DNA of 63,599 bases from Acidilobaceae archaeon (lineage in GTDB: Archaea; Thermoproteota; Thermoprotei_A; Sulfolobales; Acidilobaceae). The translations under genes and the position numbers were made by a program. Below the pieces are notes generated by a model. That model ran no database searches. It saw nothing but the letters and a program-made list of their open reading frames with translations, and was not told the DNA's origin. Positions 10,669-22,033 of the stretch are shown in pieces (position 1 is the first letter of the stretch; each line of letters begins with the position of its first letter). The stretch spans positions 1-63,599 of the forward strand of contig JALSOR010000005.1 of the NCBI GenBank assembly GCA_026986415.1, given 5' to 3'.

Positions 10669-11007
10669 TCAGAATACACTGTATAATTCCTCCTTTATAT
10701 CTGGATCAACATATGCATTTCTATGTATTCTATGCCCAAACCTAACAAGTACCTTTGCCTCCTCTCCTGTAACTCTAGTTTTGCACGTACTACACCAGTA
10801 TAGTTCGCCCGGTTTCACCTTTATAGGTTCAAAATTATCACAACTATCAGTGTCAAACGTCATTTTATTATGCTTTTCACAGTATCCTATGTAGGGATAG
10901 AAAACGTTTGGCCGCCAATACTTGCAGTACGCGCACATTTTAACCGTAGAACGGCTGGGGCTCTTCTCGCCGTCTCTCCTGGCTTCCTGCATTGTGAATG
11001 CCTCCAA
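10669..11007 (-). CDS. Small Cys/His-rich putative metal-binding protein
   Basis: CxxC...C..H...C and CxxC...H-x2-H motifs. Confidence 0.7.
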   Translation of the reverse strand: MEAFTMQEARRDGEKSPSRSTVKMCAYCKYWRPNVFYPYIGYCEKHNKMTFDTDSCDNFEPIKVKPGELYWCSTCKTRVTGEEAKVLVRFGHRIHRNAYVDPDIKEELYSVF

Positions 11008-11085
11008 GGTTTAACTAACCATGGTTCTATGCTCGAACCTATGGATTGCAAGATATTATGGGTGGGGGAGAAAAAGCCTGCGTAT

Positions 11086-13536
11086 TTAGAGTTTCATTAG
11101 CTTCTCAAGCATTACTCTCCTTTCTATGCTTGCAACTAGCCTTCTAGTTCTCACTACGGCGTCCGGGTTCACGCTTATCGAATCTATCCCTGATCTGACG
11201 AGGAACTCTATGAGTTCCTGGTATACGCTTGGAGCTTGTCCGCATATGCTTGCTGTGATGCCGTTTCTGTGTGCCGCGTCTATGATCATTTTTATAGCTT
11301 TAAGTACTGCGGGGTCTCTCTCGTCGAAGTATCCCATCCTAGCGAGCAGTCCGCTATCTCTGTCGACTCCGAGCACGAGCTGTGTCAGATCGTTGCTTCC
11401 TATACTGAAACCGTCTATCATTTTGGCGAACTCGTCTGCTAGTAGGACGGTGCTTGGCACCTCAACCATTATCCAGACTTTGAAGTCTCTTCCCCGTTCG
11501 AGACCCTCATCCTCCATTATCTTTAGCGCTTTGCGTAGCTCCCATGTTGTTCTCACGAACGGGAACATAACCCACACGTTACGGAGGCCCCATTCGTCTC
11601 TGACCTTCTTTATAGCCCTGAGCTCTAACCGGAATGCCGGCTCATACTTGGGGCTTATATAGCGTGAGACTCCGCGCCAGCCTATCATCGGGTTGCGCTC
11701 GTCAATGTCCTCGTACTTCTCTCCTCCCTTTAGCCTCCTGTACTCGTTGCTCTTGAAATCGCTGAACCTGACGACAACCGGCCGCGGGTATATTGCTTCT
11801 GCTACTTTGGCTATCCCCTCAGCTAGCTTGTCTACGAAATAGACTCCTCTCCCCTGGTCGACAAGGTATAGCGGGTGGTATCCTATCCAGCTTGAAATTA
11901 TGAATTCGATCCTCATAAGACCTATACCGTCAAACGGGAGGTCCTTGTACCTGTCGATCTCGTCTGGCTGGCCGAGGTTCATGTATATCTTGGTGGCAGT
12001 AACAGGGTACAAGTTCACCAGTATTTCCGGCTCTATAGCGGCCTTGACCCCGGCCTTTTCTTCCGGCTTCTCCTTCTCGCGCTCTATAACACCACTATAA
12101 ACTACTCCTCGAGACCCGTCAACGGTAACTACCATGTTGTCTTTTAATACTTCCGTCGCGTTACCAGTACCTACAACGGCAGGGATCCCCAGTTCTCGCG
12201 CGACAATAGCGGCGTGAGCCGTCATCCCGCCCTCATCAGTAACTATAGCGGAAGCAATCTTCATGTAAGGTACCCAGTCCGGATCGGTCATTTTAGTAAC
12301 TAGAATATCACCCTTCTCCATTTTCTTCGCGGCCTCCTCGACTGTAAGCGCCACCTTGACGCGGCCGCTAGCAACGCCAGGGCTTGCCGGGACCCCTCTA
12401 ACTAATACTTTGCCTGTCTCTTCGGCTTTTTCTTCAACCTTCTCCTCTTCCTTCTTCCTCCTCTGGCTCCAAACTGTTTCCGGCCTGGCCTGTACTAGGA
12501 ACATGTTGTTCGGAGGTTCAATTTCCGAGTCAATCGCCCATTCGACGTCCATATGCCGACCGAAGTGTTCTTCGACTTTCAATGCAATACGTGCGAGCCT
12601 CTTAACCTCCTCATCGCTAAGGCTTGGCGTATCAGGCCTCATACCGAACTTCTCTATTAGCTCTGCTATCTCCGGGTGCTCTTTTTTCAGCTCGTCCAGC
12701 TCTTCCTCGGTGGAGGGTATTTTTACTTCTATATTCCTGCCTGTGCGTGGATCATAAAATAATGCCTTGGTCTTTTTGGTCGAAATCCTTTTCTCGATAA
12801 TATCTAACGTGTTTTTATCAACAACGAACGAGTCGGGAGTAACAATGCCACCAACAATATACTCTCCCAGACCCCAAATGGATTCTATCACGATCTTGCT
12901 CTCGTCTCCCGTGACAGGGTGGAGGGTGAACATTACTCCGCTACTTCTACTGTTAACCATCTTCTGCACTACAACTGCCATGTACGCGTCCTCATGCGAA
13001 ATGTTTAGGGAATCCCTATAGCTTAGTGCTCTAGCAGTCCATAGGCTGGCCCAGGCTTTTTTGACATGCTCGACTACTTCATCCTCCCCCTGGACATTTA
13101 AATAAGTATCTTGCTGGCCCGCAAAGCTAGCCTCGGGAAGATCCTCTACAGTTGCGCTACTCCTCACCGCTACTCGAGGATTCTCTACTCCCACCTTCTC
13201 GCCGAGTCTCCTATATGCTTCGACAATAGCGTCCCGCAGCTTTTTCGGCATTGGCGTTCTTATGAACTTGCTCCTTATTAGCTCAGCAACATGCTCGTAT
13301 TCCTCTGGGCTACCACTTTTTAGGTATTCTTCGAGAACATTCTTGATGTAGCCTGCTATGCCCGTCTCGTAGATGAACTTCTTATACGCCTCACTTGTCA
13401 CGACGAAGCCGGGTGGCACGGGTATTCCTGCACGTATCATCTCGCCTAATCCTGCAGCCTTTCCACCAACAATCTCGTGGTGCTCCTTTCCGACCTCGTC
13501 TAGCCATAATATGAATGGCTTTGCATGCGAGGCCAC
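11086..13536 (-). CDS. ppsA: Phosphoenolpyruvate synthase (pyruvate, water dikinase)
   Basis: [42 protein letters not shown] and [10 protein letters not shown] motifs. Confidence 0.97.
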   Translation of the reverse strand: MASHAKPFILWLDEVGKEHHEIVGGKAAGLGEMIRAGIPVPPGFVVTSEAYKKFIYETGIAGYIKNVLEEYLKSGSPEEYEHVAELIRSKFIRTPMPKKLRDAIVEAYRRLGEKVGVENPRVAVRSSATVEDLPEASFAGQQDTYLNVQGEDEVVEHVKKAWASLWTARALSYRDSLNISHEDAYMAVVVQKMVNSRSSGVMFTLHPVTGDESKIVIESIWGLGEYIVGGIVTPDSFVVDKNTLDIIEKRISTKKTKALFYDPRTGRNIEVKIPSTEEELDELKKEHPEIAELIEKFGMRPDTPSLSDEEVKRLARIALKVEEHFGRHMDVEWAIDSEIEPPNNMFLVQARPETVWSQRRKKEEEKVEEKAEETGKVLVRGVPASPGVASGRVKVALTVEEAAKKMEKGDILVTKMTDPDWVPYMKIASAIVTDEGGMTAHAAIVARELGIPAVVGTGNATEVLKDNMVVTVDGSRGVVYSGVIEREKEKPEEKAGVKAAIEPEILVNLYPVTATKIYMNLGQPDEIDRYKDLPFDGIGLMRIEFIISSWIGYHPLYLVDQGRGVYFVDKLAEGIAKVAEAIYPRPVVVRFSDFKSNEYRRLKGGEKYEDIDERNPMIGWRGVSRYISPKYEPAFRLELRAIKKVRDEWGLRNVWVMFPFVRTTWELRKALKIMEDEGLERGRDFKVWIMVEVPSTVLLADEFAKMIDGFSIGSNDLTQLVLGVDRDSGLLARMGYFDERDPAVLKAIKMIIDAAHRNGITASICGQAPSVYQELIEFLVRSGIDSISVNPDAVVRTRRLVASIERRVMLEKLMKL

Positions 13537-13643
13537 AGTAGAATCACCGCATATATACTGTTTGGTGGCAATCCTTTTAAATTCCTATTTAAACACGTGT
13601 TATGATGCTTTCCGCCTGCAAGTCAAAAATCTAAAGTATTATA

Positions 13644-14954
13644 TTATAGTATTTTTATAATAAAATTATAAAGTTCTTCTATAGGAACGGTTTCCCTAAC
13701 ATCCCTATCAGGCGCATAAACCGTTGCTGACCCGCTCCTAACCTCGCGCTCACCAACAAATATTAGGACCGGGATCGAGAGCCGTGACGCTTTCTTCCTC
13801 TGCCTCCTCTCGTTTACACGGCCTAGATCTATCCTAGTCGGAATCCCTCTCCGCCTGAGCTCTGCCGCGATCCTCCAGGCATACTCGTAGTATTTCCTGG
13901 AGAGATATATTACTTGAACGCGAGTGACAGTCTTCCTGTCGAGCCTATAAATGCCGAGCTCGATGCCAGCATCTATTATCCTCTCAATACCTATACTTGC
14001 GCCTGTCGCGGGGACCTGCTCTCCTGTAAACATGCCTATAAGATTGTCATATCTTCCCCCGCCGGCAATACTCCCTATTTTTGGCTCGTCTAGCACAACC
14101 TCTATTATTGGCCCTGTATAATAGTCGAGACCTCTAACAAGGCTCAAGTCTATCCTGACACGTCCCTTGTCCAGTATATAGTTCAGCATCTCCCCCAAAT
14201 GGGCAACTGCGCTTGCAACGTTCTCGTTTGAAGCATAGGCAGCTTCAATCTCGGCCAACAAGCTGTCGGGGTCTCCTTCTAATGATATTATTGATACTAT
14301 CTCAGATACGATATTGTCGTCTAAGCCTAGCCGGGAGAGTTCGCCTTTAACCCCCTCGAGACCTATCTTATCTAGCTTATCTATAGCCCTATAGACCGGG
14401 AGAACATTCTTCAGACCGAGCTTTTCCTCGAATATGCCTCGTAGGAGGCGCCTGTCGTTTAGACGCACCGTGAATCCATCCTTGAATCCCAGCGATCTTA
14501 TAGCGTCAACCACAAGGTTAACTATTTCCGCGTCAGCCTCCGGGTAGGGGCTACCGACAATATCAGCGTCGCACTGGTAGAATTCCCTGTACCGCCCCTT
14601 CTGGGGCTCCTCATGCCTCCACACAGGCCCAATATGGTATCTCTTAAACGGGTACCCTATTCCTTTGTGCGTGGCTATGAAGCGTGCTAGCGGCACTGTT
14701 AGATCATACCTTAAAGCGTATTCCCGCCCGCTCCATGGATCCTTAAACCTCCATATAAGCCTAGACTCTGCCTCTTCCCCGTACTTTCCTGCCAGCGTCG
14801 ACCAGTACTCTACTGCCGGGGTATCTATAGGGTCGAAACCGTACGCTTGGAATACTTTTTCCAGTCTTGATAAGAGTTCTTTCCTCAAAATCATAATGTC
14901 GGGTGGAAAATCCCGGAAGCCTCGAGGCGGTCTCGCATTGACCCCCAAATTCAT
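13644..14954 (-). CDS. hisS: Histidyl-tRNA synthetase
   Basis: PRGFRD, LRYDLTVP, QKGRYREFYQCDAD, RGLDYYTG and GGGRYD motifs. Confidence 0.98.
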   Translation of the reverse strand: MNLGVNARPPRGFRDFPPDIMILRKELLSRLEKVFQAYGFDPIDTPAVEYWSTLAGKYGEEAESRLIWRFKDPWSGREYALRYDLTVPLARFIATHKGIGYPFKRYHIGPVWRHEEPQKGRYREFYQCDADIVGSPYPEADAEIVNLVVDAIRSLGFKDGFTVRLNDRRLLRGIFEEKLGLKNVLPVYRAIDKLDKIGLEGVKGELSRLGLDDNIVSEIVSIISLEGDPDSLLAEIEAAYASNENVASAVAHLGEMLNYILDKGRVRIDLSLVRGLDYYTGPIIEVVLDEPKIGSIAGGGRYDNLIGMFTGEQVPATGASIGIERIIDAGIELGIYRLDRKTVTRVQVIYLSRKYYEYAWRIAAELRRRGIPTRIDLGRVNERRQRKKASRLSIPVLIFVGEREVRSGSATVYAPDRDVRETVPIEELYNFIIKIL

Positions 14955-15238
14955 CCCCCTTCAGCCTGTTCTGCCTGGCCCGAGAGCCTCTCCATATAGA
15001 GGGCGAATATTTCGGTTGCAAGCCTCACTGTGAGGTAGATCCTCTCTTCGAGGCCTAACTGGCCGCAAATATCGACCCATACCTGTTGGATCGCACGGCT
15101 TAGTCTATCGCTAGAGGATAATATGTTGTCGAGAATCTCCTCAAGCTCTCCTCTGCGCTCCTCACTTATTCCTAACGCGCCATGCAGTGTTTCAGAATCA
15201 TGGTTAAACCGTTCCGGGCTCATACAGCATTCGTCCAC
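14951..15238 (-). CDS. Hypothetical protein
   Basis: 95-aa ORF co-oriented and packed between the radical SAM gene and hisS. Confidence 0.6.
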   Translation of the reverse strand: MDECCMSPERFNHDSETLHGALGISEERRGELEEILDNILSSSDRLSRAIQQVWVDICGQLGLEERIYLTVRLATEIFALYMERLSGQAEQAEGG

Positions 15239-15275
15239 AGGCAGACACCAATACCAACTAAGCCCTGCCGGTTCA

Positions 15276-16283
15276 CTATATTCTCTTGCCTCCTACTGGT
15301 ACATCGCATTCCTCCTCGCTCACAACCGGGCGCCGAGACCTGGTGGGGAAGTACTCCAGCTTCCTACACCCGCTATTATCAACGTGTATGGCTTGGAGGG
15401 TCCCTCTACTTGTAGGCTGCTCGAACCATCTGGCATCCAGATACGAGAGCCTGCGGAGCCTATTCCTGGTCTGGATGGCATCTTTAAAGCGGGCAGGGCA
15501 GAAGTGGACTGGTATCGTAAGGTTTTCCTGGGCCCACTCCAACACTTCTATTGCCGCCTCCAGGGATCCCTCAGCCGTGAAAGGCCTTGTTTTGCTCTCT
15601 CTTATACCTCTAGCGAGAAGATGCCTAGCGTTCGGCTGGACAAATTCTAGCTCGTTGAGATTTGCAAATGCGGCTCCCCGCAGCTCAGCCTCTCTGAGAA
15701 CTCTCTTAGCCCATGCTTTCAAGCCTGGTCCTATAGGTATCTCTATGCCAGTATAGAGTCCTATCCTGACAGAGCGTTCTATTGCGCCTAGAAACGTGTC
15801 CCTAACAGGGTGGAATCGTATCTCGTCTAACCCCGCCTTTTTAAGCTCCTTTAGAACCCCCCATGTAGCATACCTCCCACTAGTATACAGGTGGACGTGG
15901 AATCTAGAACCGAAGTTATCCTTGAAAGCCCGGATGAGCGTGGCGACCCTGTGGGGGCGCGTCAGGGGGTCTCCCCCGGTAATGCTAGCGCCTCGAGCCC
16001 CCGATCTTGCAACTTCTAGCACGGCCTCCTCGACACTAGTAACCTTCTCCTCGTTAACATAGAAAACATCCCTCCCCAGCTTCTCCCTACTAACAGGACA
16101 ATAATAGCACGACTCGTCGCAGAGTCCTGTGACGAAAATTACGGCTTTCAGACCTGGGAAACAGAGCTGGCACCCGACCGGTAGAAGGGGCCTTGTGAGG
16201 AGGGCCCTATCGGGGTCTCCGAGGATCGGTTTTCGGCGCGGCTCTTCTAGAAAGCCTTGCATTCTGCCTGTAGTTTCGCCCAC
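15276..16283 (-). CDS. Radical SAM protein of unknown function
   Basis: CDESCYYC (CxxxCxxC), ITGGDP and HLYTSG motifs. Confidence 0.9.
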   Translation of the reverse strand: MGETTGRMQGFLEEPRRKPILGDPDRALLTRPLLPVGCQLCFPGLKAVIFVTGLCDESCYYCPVSREKLGRDVFYVNEEKVTSVEEAVLEVARSGARGASITGGDPLTRPHRVATLIRAFKDNFGSRFHVHLYTSGRYATWGVLKELKKAGLDEIRFHPVRDTFLGAIERSVRIGLYTGIEIPIGPGLKAWAKRVLREAELRGAAFANLNELEFVQPNARHLLARGIRESKTRPFTAEGSLEAAIEVLEWAQENLTIPVHFCPARFKDAIQTRNRLRRLSYLDARWFEQPTSRGTLQAIHVDNSGCRKLEYFPTRSRRPVVSEEECDVPVGGKRI

Positions 16284-16323
16284 GCCTGAAACCCTGGTAG
16301 GGATGCTTCTCCCGGGCTAGAGG

Positions 16324-16611
16324 TTATATTGCTAGTTTGGGTTTAACAGGCTCCCTCATGAAAGTTATTAGTCCTGCGTCTGTAAGGGCGTCTAGCACTT
16401 GCTGGTCGGTGGCTCCCTTCTCGATATTGATCTTCTTGTCCAGAGGCTCTATGTGGTCAATGTTCGCCCTTCTCCTCCTAACCCCTGTCAGCTGCTTGGG
16501 TCCTGTTATTAGGACGAAGTTCTCATCGATAATATCGACTATAACGCACTTCCTCCCTGCCTCTCTACCATAAGTCTTAACGCATAGACGGCCAACCTCT
16601 ATTGCCGGCAT
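16324..16611 (-). CDS. rpl14e: 50S ribosomal protein L14e
   Basis: [29 protein letters not shown]; start trimmed to the ATG that follows a GGAGGTG ribosome-binding site. Confidence 0.97.
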   Translation of the reverse strand: MPAIEVGRLCVKTYGREAGRKCVIVDIIDENFVLITGPKQLTGVRRRRANIDHIEPLDKKINIEKGATDQQVLDALTDAGLITFMREPVKPKLAI

Positions 16612-16671
16612 ACCAGTAACACCTCCACCGGGCCTCCACATGTGGACGGTTACCATTAAAAATCTGATTCT

Positions 16672-17277
16672 CTACGCTGGGAGCCCGTATCCTAGTAGTC
16701 TGAGCTTTTCTTCAACAAATAATTTAATAATAGAATATATCTTCTCTGGACCTAGCACGCTACTATCTACTACAAGGTCGAACACTGTATAGTCGAGTAT
16801 ATCTATTCCGTAAAGCTTGTAAAACCTGTCCCACTGGCTAGTCTCCCTCTCAAACGTCTCTTCTAGAGCTCTCGAGTAGCTCTTCCCATCCCTAACGCCT
16901 ATCCTTCTAACCCTCGTGAGAGGATCGGCTTTAACAAGCACTGCCACATCAGCTATACGCGAAAGAATCCAGGCTGCCAAGTGACTGTCAATCACTATTC
17001 CAGACATCGTATTCAGGGCAATATTGATCGTGCGCCTATCTATAACTAGATCTATCGTGGGATCCGAAGAAGCAAGCCTGCTAAGCTCCTCGAGACTCAT
17101 ACCTTTCTCTTTAGCTATAGACCGGAAAATACTCCCTGTAGTATAATATTCCAGCCCGAGATCCTTGCTTAGCCGTCTGGCATATGTTGTCTTACCAGAA
17201 CCCGGGGGGCCCGAAACAACGACTATTGGCCCCCTATTATGCTCTCCCTTATCAGCTCTGCGAGGCAGGCCGCGCAA
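16672..17277 (-). CDS. cmk: Cytidylate kinase (archaeal type)
   Basis: SGPPGSGKTT P-loop; canonical position between L34e and L14e. Start uncertain. Confidence 0.92.
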   Translation of the reverse strand: MRGLPRRADKGEHNRGPIVVVSGPPGSGKTTYARRLSKDLGLEYYTTGSIFRSIAKEKGMSLEELSRLASSDPTIDLVIDRRTINIALNTMSGIVIDSHLAAWILSRIADVAVLVKADPLTRVRRIGVRDGKSYSRALEETFERETSQWDRFYKLYGIDILDYTVFDLVVDSSVLGPEKIYSIIKLFVEEKLRLLGYGLPA

Positions 17278-17507
17278 AGGACGCCACCATACGGTCTCTC
17301 AGGTCTTTTCGCGGTCTTAGACATTTTTGAGAGCCTGTTCGGCCTCAAACGGGGGACGGCATTCAGAGGGCGCCCACAGCGTGCACAACGCGCCTGGCCC
17401 GGACGTCTCTTCTCATAGTGGACTCTAGTCTCCCCTCCCGGAACTCTGACCATCCGCCTCCTTAGACTCCTACTCCTGTACGCAGGCCTTACCATCGCTT
17501 CCCGCAC
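17223..17507 (-). CDS. rpl34e: 50S ribosomal protein L34e
   Basis: RPAYRSRS...PGG...CARCG...RPERPYGG.LC..C. Confidence 0.97.
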   Translation of the reverse strand: MREAMVRPAYRSRSLRRRMVRVPGGETRVHYEKRRPGQARCARCGRPLNAVPRLRPNRLSKMSKTAKRPERPYGGVLCAACLAELIRESIIGGQ

Positions 17508-17537
17508 CCAGAGGAAATGATGTGTAGCGGAAACCGG

Positions 17538-17978
17538 TTATATGAAGTTTTCCCGCAGCATTGCGTAGTAGACGATGTACATCAAGAAGAATAACATGAA
17601 GCCTGCAATGACTAGGTGTCCTTCTACCACAACTGTTATGGGAGGAAGATCGTATACTGGAGGTAGAAAAGGGGACACGACAAGTACTAGAATACTCCCG
17701 GCTAGATAGCCTGTTACGAGTAGGATCATTTTAGTTAGAGTTGCCTTTAACACAATGCTCCTATTCTTCTTATATTCAGACTCCATAGCAGCCAGTTTTT
17801 TCGCTAAACGTTTAGTTTTTCTGACTCTTAGTTCTGATTTTAAGGCCCTATATTCTGCTATGAAACCGAGGGCTTCTAAAACCTGTTCTTTAGGGTAAAT
17901 GCTCCTGTAAATTCCAGCTGCAGAATAAACTATTAAAAATGGGAGAATTATTATTAATAATGATGAGTACGCGGACAC
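17538..17978 (-). CDS. DUF106/EMC3-TMCO1 (Oxa1 superfamily)-like membrane protein
   Basis: TM-coiled coil-2TM layout in the conserved position between adk and L34e. Confidence 0.65.
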   Translation of the reverse strand: MSAYSSLLIIILPFLIVYSAAGIYRSIYPKEQVLEALGFIAEYRALKSELRVRKTKRLAKKLAAMESEYKKNRSIVLKATLTKMILLVTGYLAGSILVLVVSPFLPPVYDLPPITVVVEGHLVIAGFMLFFLMYIVYYAMLRENFI

Positions 17979-18013
17979 TCCCTAACACCACGTCCCAAGA
18001 AAAAGAGGGGAAA

Positions 18014-18625
<612 letters not shown>

Positions 18626-19993
18626 TCATCCCTCTCCCATAAGCTTTCTTAGGAGTGGGAACGTTTCGAGGGCGCGCTCGTATGATATCATCATGTAGTA
18701 CTGATATATAATACCGACAGCTAGGAGGATCCCTGTCCCTGTACCGTAGGCGCCGAAAATGTCTGCAACTATTGTTATTATCGCGACTATAAGGCTGCTG
18801 AGTGCTGTAAGCGGGTAGATGTACTTCGCTAGGATACTCTCCAGTATTTTGGGGTTCCGCCTCATGCCTGGTATTTCAAGCCCGCTTTTGATAAGCCTGT
18901 CTGCCTGCTCGCTCGGGTTTAGACCTGCGAGTTCCACCCACATATAGCCGAACAGTATTGAGAGTATTGTCCAGCTTATGGCGAATGTGAGCGTTCTTAT
19001 CGGGTCGGCCACTGCCATGAGTATCCCGCGAGGCGGGCTCATATAGTATACGAAGTCCCTGTAGTAGATGTACGCCTTGCTTGTAACCCCTACAATATTT
19101 CCTATTATAGTCTGGAAGAGCTGTAAGTCTGCAACTAGAATACCGACGAGCAGTATGGGTATGTTCGTAACATACATGAACTGGAGGGGGACCTTGCTCC
19201 TGATACCTCTCATTCTAGGGCTTGTAACCGGTATCTCAACTCTCATCGCCTGGGTGTATACTAGGAATAGTATTATCGCGAAGGTTGCTACAAGGCCTGT
19301 CAGGTCGGGAAGCCCGTTCGGCCTCGCGAGCAGTAGGATCGAGGGCTGCTTTATGAGCGCTGGTATGAAACCATAGGTTTCCGCGTACCGCGGGATATAG
19401 CCGAGCAGGCTCCAGAACATGTGGTATGCGACTCCTGCTAGGATGAAGAGGCTTATCGCGCTCCCTATACCCCACCCTTTCTGGAGCATCTCGTCCATCA
19501 GTATGACTATGAAGGCCGCAATGCTCAGCTGCAGTATGACTATTATTCTTGTGGTCCAGCTCGGAGTTATCCCGGTCCCCTGCCAGTACTTATTGCCAAT
19601 AACGTACATTGTGGCTTCAAAAACAGCGAAGAGTATTGCCAAGCTCTTCTCCGCGGCCGTGAATATCCTTCTAGACTCTGGATCGTCAAGGTCGATGTCT
19701 ATCAGCTTAGCGCCAGCTAGAACCTGTAGGATCAGGCCTGCAGTAACTATAGGTCCTATTCCGAGCTCCATGAGAGTTCCAGCATTACTAGCGAATATTA
19801 TCTGCTGAAGGCTCACCCTTGACTGGAGGTTCTGTGCCGGAATACCGTAGAGGGGTATATTGCTCATAACAAGATACAGGACAAGCACTATACCTGTCCA
19901 AGCCAGCCTCCTGTAAAGCGATGGTTTAGGCACCGGCTTCTTTACTGTTGGGAACCTGTCAGCAATAGCTGCTAGAGCCTCTAACACGCCCAC
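18626..19993 (-). CDS. secY: Preprotein translocase SecY
   Basis: GTLMELGIGPIVTAG, KGWGIGSAISLFI and GTGTGILLAVGI motifs. Confidence 0.98.
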   Translation of the reverse strand: MGVLEALAAIADRFPTVKKPVPKPSLYRRLAWTGIVLVLYLVMSNIPLYGIPAQNLQSRVSLQQIIFASNAGTLMELGIGPIVTAGLILQVLAGAKLIDIDLDDPESRRIFTAAEKSLAILFAVFEATMYVIGNKYWQGTGITPSWTTRIIVILQLSIAAFIVILMDEMLQKGWGIGSAISLFILAGVAYHMFWSLLGYIPRYAETYGFIPALIKQPSILLLARPNGLPDLTGLVATFAIILFLVYTQAMRVEIPVTSPRMRGIRSKVPLQFMYVTNIPILLVGILVADLQLFQTIIGNIVGVTSKAYIYYRDFVYYMSPPRGILMAVADPIRTLTFAISWTILSILFGYMWVELAGLNPSEQADRLIKSGLEIPGMRRNPKILESILAKYIYPLTALSSLIVAIITIVADIFGAYGTGTGILLAVGIIYQYYMMISYERALETFPLLRKLMGEG

Positions 19994-20192
19994 ACTAATT
20001 CACCCGCCCCGAGAGAGCAGCCTCCACTTATCGAAGCGCCCCCAGCATGCTGAGGCCGGAATGCGGCGTCCACTGCATTGAGCGGATACCCTACTAGAAT
20101 AAAAGGATGAATGGTTTCCGGGATAAGAGAGCTTTATATAAGGCTATCTACACAGGTTATGGTGGGATACGGGACTCTGCCGGTGAGAGCGT

Positions 20193-20280
20193 GCGGGGGT
20201 GCCCGAGCCTGGTCAAAGGGGTCGGGCTCAGGACCCGATGGCGTAGGCCTGCGTGGGTTCAAATCCCACCCCCCGCACCA
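20193..20280 (+). tRNA. tRNA-Leu (anticodon CAG), intronless, CCA encoded
   Basis: GCGGGGG/CCCCCGC acceptor stem, TCGGG-CTCAGGA-CCCGA anticodon arm, long variable arm, GTTCAAATC T-loop and terminal ACCA. A TTTATATA box lies at about 20133. Confidence 0.98.
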
Positions 20281-20303
20281 CAATCCTGAAACCCGCTTGC
20301 CAG

Positions 20304-20771
20304 CTACTTCTTGAAGAACTCGAGCCTATTAGACGCTAGAATTTCTAGCCTACCCTCTATCTCCTCGCACGATTCGTTAGCGGCTACCATTCCTAGACCA
20401 CATTCCTCCTGTACTGTTCTTTCAGGCTCTTCCCCGCTATTGAAACTTATGATAGCTATGCGATTGACGCTTCCAAGCATTTTATCGATAAGGATCCCCA
20501 CTTGGCTTATTCCTGTTAGGAGTGAGAGTATTCTGAGACCCCGATTGCGTATGCGCGGTTTACCCTGTTCTTCTTCTACTAGTGCGTAGATCGCTGCTAT
20601 AGACAGGACGCACTGGTCTACGTCTCGTAGGGAGCTAGGTAGGAGTACTATTATTGATCCCTTCTTTTCTGCTTGCTTGAAAATATGCCTGCAGTTTTGG
20701 AGTACCTCCTCGGCGCTCATCTCCTTTTCTAAACTATAAATTCTTGTTTTAACATGTACTCCGAGCACCAT
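20304..20771 (-). CDS. KEOPS complex subunit Cgi121-like protein
   Basis: R-RNRGLRILSLLTGISQV resembles the Cgi121 core; sits next to Ubl and S17e genes as in other crenarchaea. Confidence 0.55.
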   Translation of the reverse strand: MVLGVHVKTRIYSLEKEMSAEEVLQNCRHIFKQAEKKGSIIVLLPSSLRDVDQCVLSIAAIYALVEEEQGKPRIRNRGLRILSLLTGISQVGILIDKMLGSVNRIAIISFNSGEEPERTVQEECGLGMVAANESCEEIEGRLEILASNRLEFFKK

Positions 20772-20790
20772 CAGGTTACACCGGGACTTA

Positions 20791-21534
20791 TCAGTTCGTT
20801 TTCTCTCGGTTAAACTCGTGTTTCTCCCATGGAAAGACTATCCAGCTCTGAGTCTCTCTAACATAGTAGTCCGGCACTAGTTTTGTCCACGGCTTCACAA
20901 ATAGTGTGGCTGTCCTCACGGACTTGGGCATGTAGAGCTCTATTAGGCCTAGGGCAGTCTCCAGGGTCAATCCCGAATCGCTTATGTCATCTACGATAAG
21001 CACGTTTCTATCGTTTATAGGCAATGTTAGGGGCTGGCGAAGGTAGGGTTTCTCCCCTTTTATGCCTACACCCTCGTATAGTTTGATCTCTATTGTCCCT
21101 ATATCGTCTACCCCTAAGATGTCCGATAGTATTCTCGCCGGTACTAGCCCCCCTCTTATAATCCCGACTATAATATCGGGCTTATATCCGGAGGCTGTTA
21201 TTTTTCTGGCAAGTTCTGATGCCAGATCTTCTATATCTTCCCACGATACCTCTTCTACCTCTAACTCCTCCGGTATGTCGCCGCCATGATTTACAGGCAA
21301 AACAACTATTTCTTCCGCCTCCTCGTTAGGGTTGACAAGCCTAATGTCTCTCCCGTCCACGAACACTATATAGCCTGGACGGGGCCGCAATGTTTCCGTA
21401 TCGATAATTTTCCCAAGACCGGGATACTTCTCAATAGCTCTTCTTAGAGTCTCCCTAAGAGTACCGGCCTCCACCTCTACTAGGGGTGCTCCTACTAATT
21501 CCTTTAGACTGGCAAGTAGAACTATCTTCGCCAA
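20791..21534 (-). CDS. Urm1/SAMP (MoaD/ThiS-like) ubiquitin-like domain fused to purine phosphoribosyltransferase
   Basis: Residues 1-85 are beta-grasp-like (YIVFVDGRDI...VLPVNHGG). Residues ~86-247 are a type I PRTase (IRGG, VLIVDDISDSGLTL, WIVFPWE). Confidence 0.85.
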   Translation of the reverse strand: MAKIVLLASLKELVGAPLVEVEAGTLRETLRRAIEKYPGLGKIIDTETLRPRPGYIVFVDGRDIRLVNPNEEAEEIVVLPVNHGGDIPEELEVEEVSWEDIEDLASELARKITASGYKPDIIVGIIRGGLVPARILSDILGVDDIGTIEIKLYEGVGIKGEKPYLRQPLTLPINDRNVLIVDDISDSGLTLETALGLIELYMPKSVRTATLFVKPWTKLVPDYYVRETQSWIVFPWEKHEFNREKTN

Positions 21535-21670
21535 GCTCCCCCACCAGAACCCGTCTTGTATGGTCTATGTTGCGGAGAACGGTAAATAATTAGTCTTCAC
21601 ACCGATGCTACGCTCGACTCTCCCAGGAAGCTCTACGCCGAGGTGTTCCTGCTTGTTCTTACCTCTCTTG

Positions 21671-21883
21671 CTAGCGGGCGGCTTTCCTCTCTCGTTTCGC
21701 TTGAGCGTTTACCAAGTGTGTTATATATCCTGCTATCTGGTTCCTGAGTTTTTTGCTTCTGAGCTCTACCAGTGCGCTCACAATCTTCTTATTATTCTCG
21801 AAATCGCCGTTGAACAGGTCAGGGTATTTTTCTAATAGTTTCCTTGCAGTCCTCTTTACTAGAGTCGTCCTAACTTTACCCAT
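21671..21883 (-). CDS. rps17e: 30S ribosomal protein S17e
   Basis: MGKVRTTLVKRTA...DFENNK...SKKLRNQIAGYIT. Confidence 0.97.
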   Translation of the reverse strand: MGKVRTTLVKRTARKLLEKYPDLFNGDFENNKKIVSALVELRSKKLRNQIAGYITHLVNAQAKRERKAAR

Positions 21884-22033
21884 ACCCTTTCCCCGCATCG
21901 CCTTGTAATGCCTGTTTGGGGTTTAAAGTCTTGAATCTCCTAGTGTTGAGCATCTCCCATAAAACAGAAAGCTTTATATAGAAGTAGTCCTACTATGGAG
22001 AGTGGAGATAGAATGAGGAACAGGTGACAAGGC

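Noticed and set aside
20193..20300. tRNA-Leu as the attachment site of an integrated element
   Set aside because: I noticed no duplicated tRNA 3' fragment, and both flanks are core genes.
21600..21646. ACACC...CCGA-GGTGT stem as a C/D sRNA
   Set aside because: It has a terminal stem and D-like box, but no acceptable C box and is too short for two guides.
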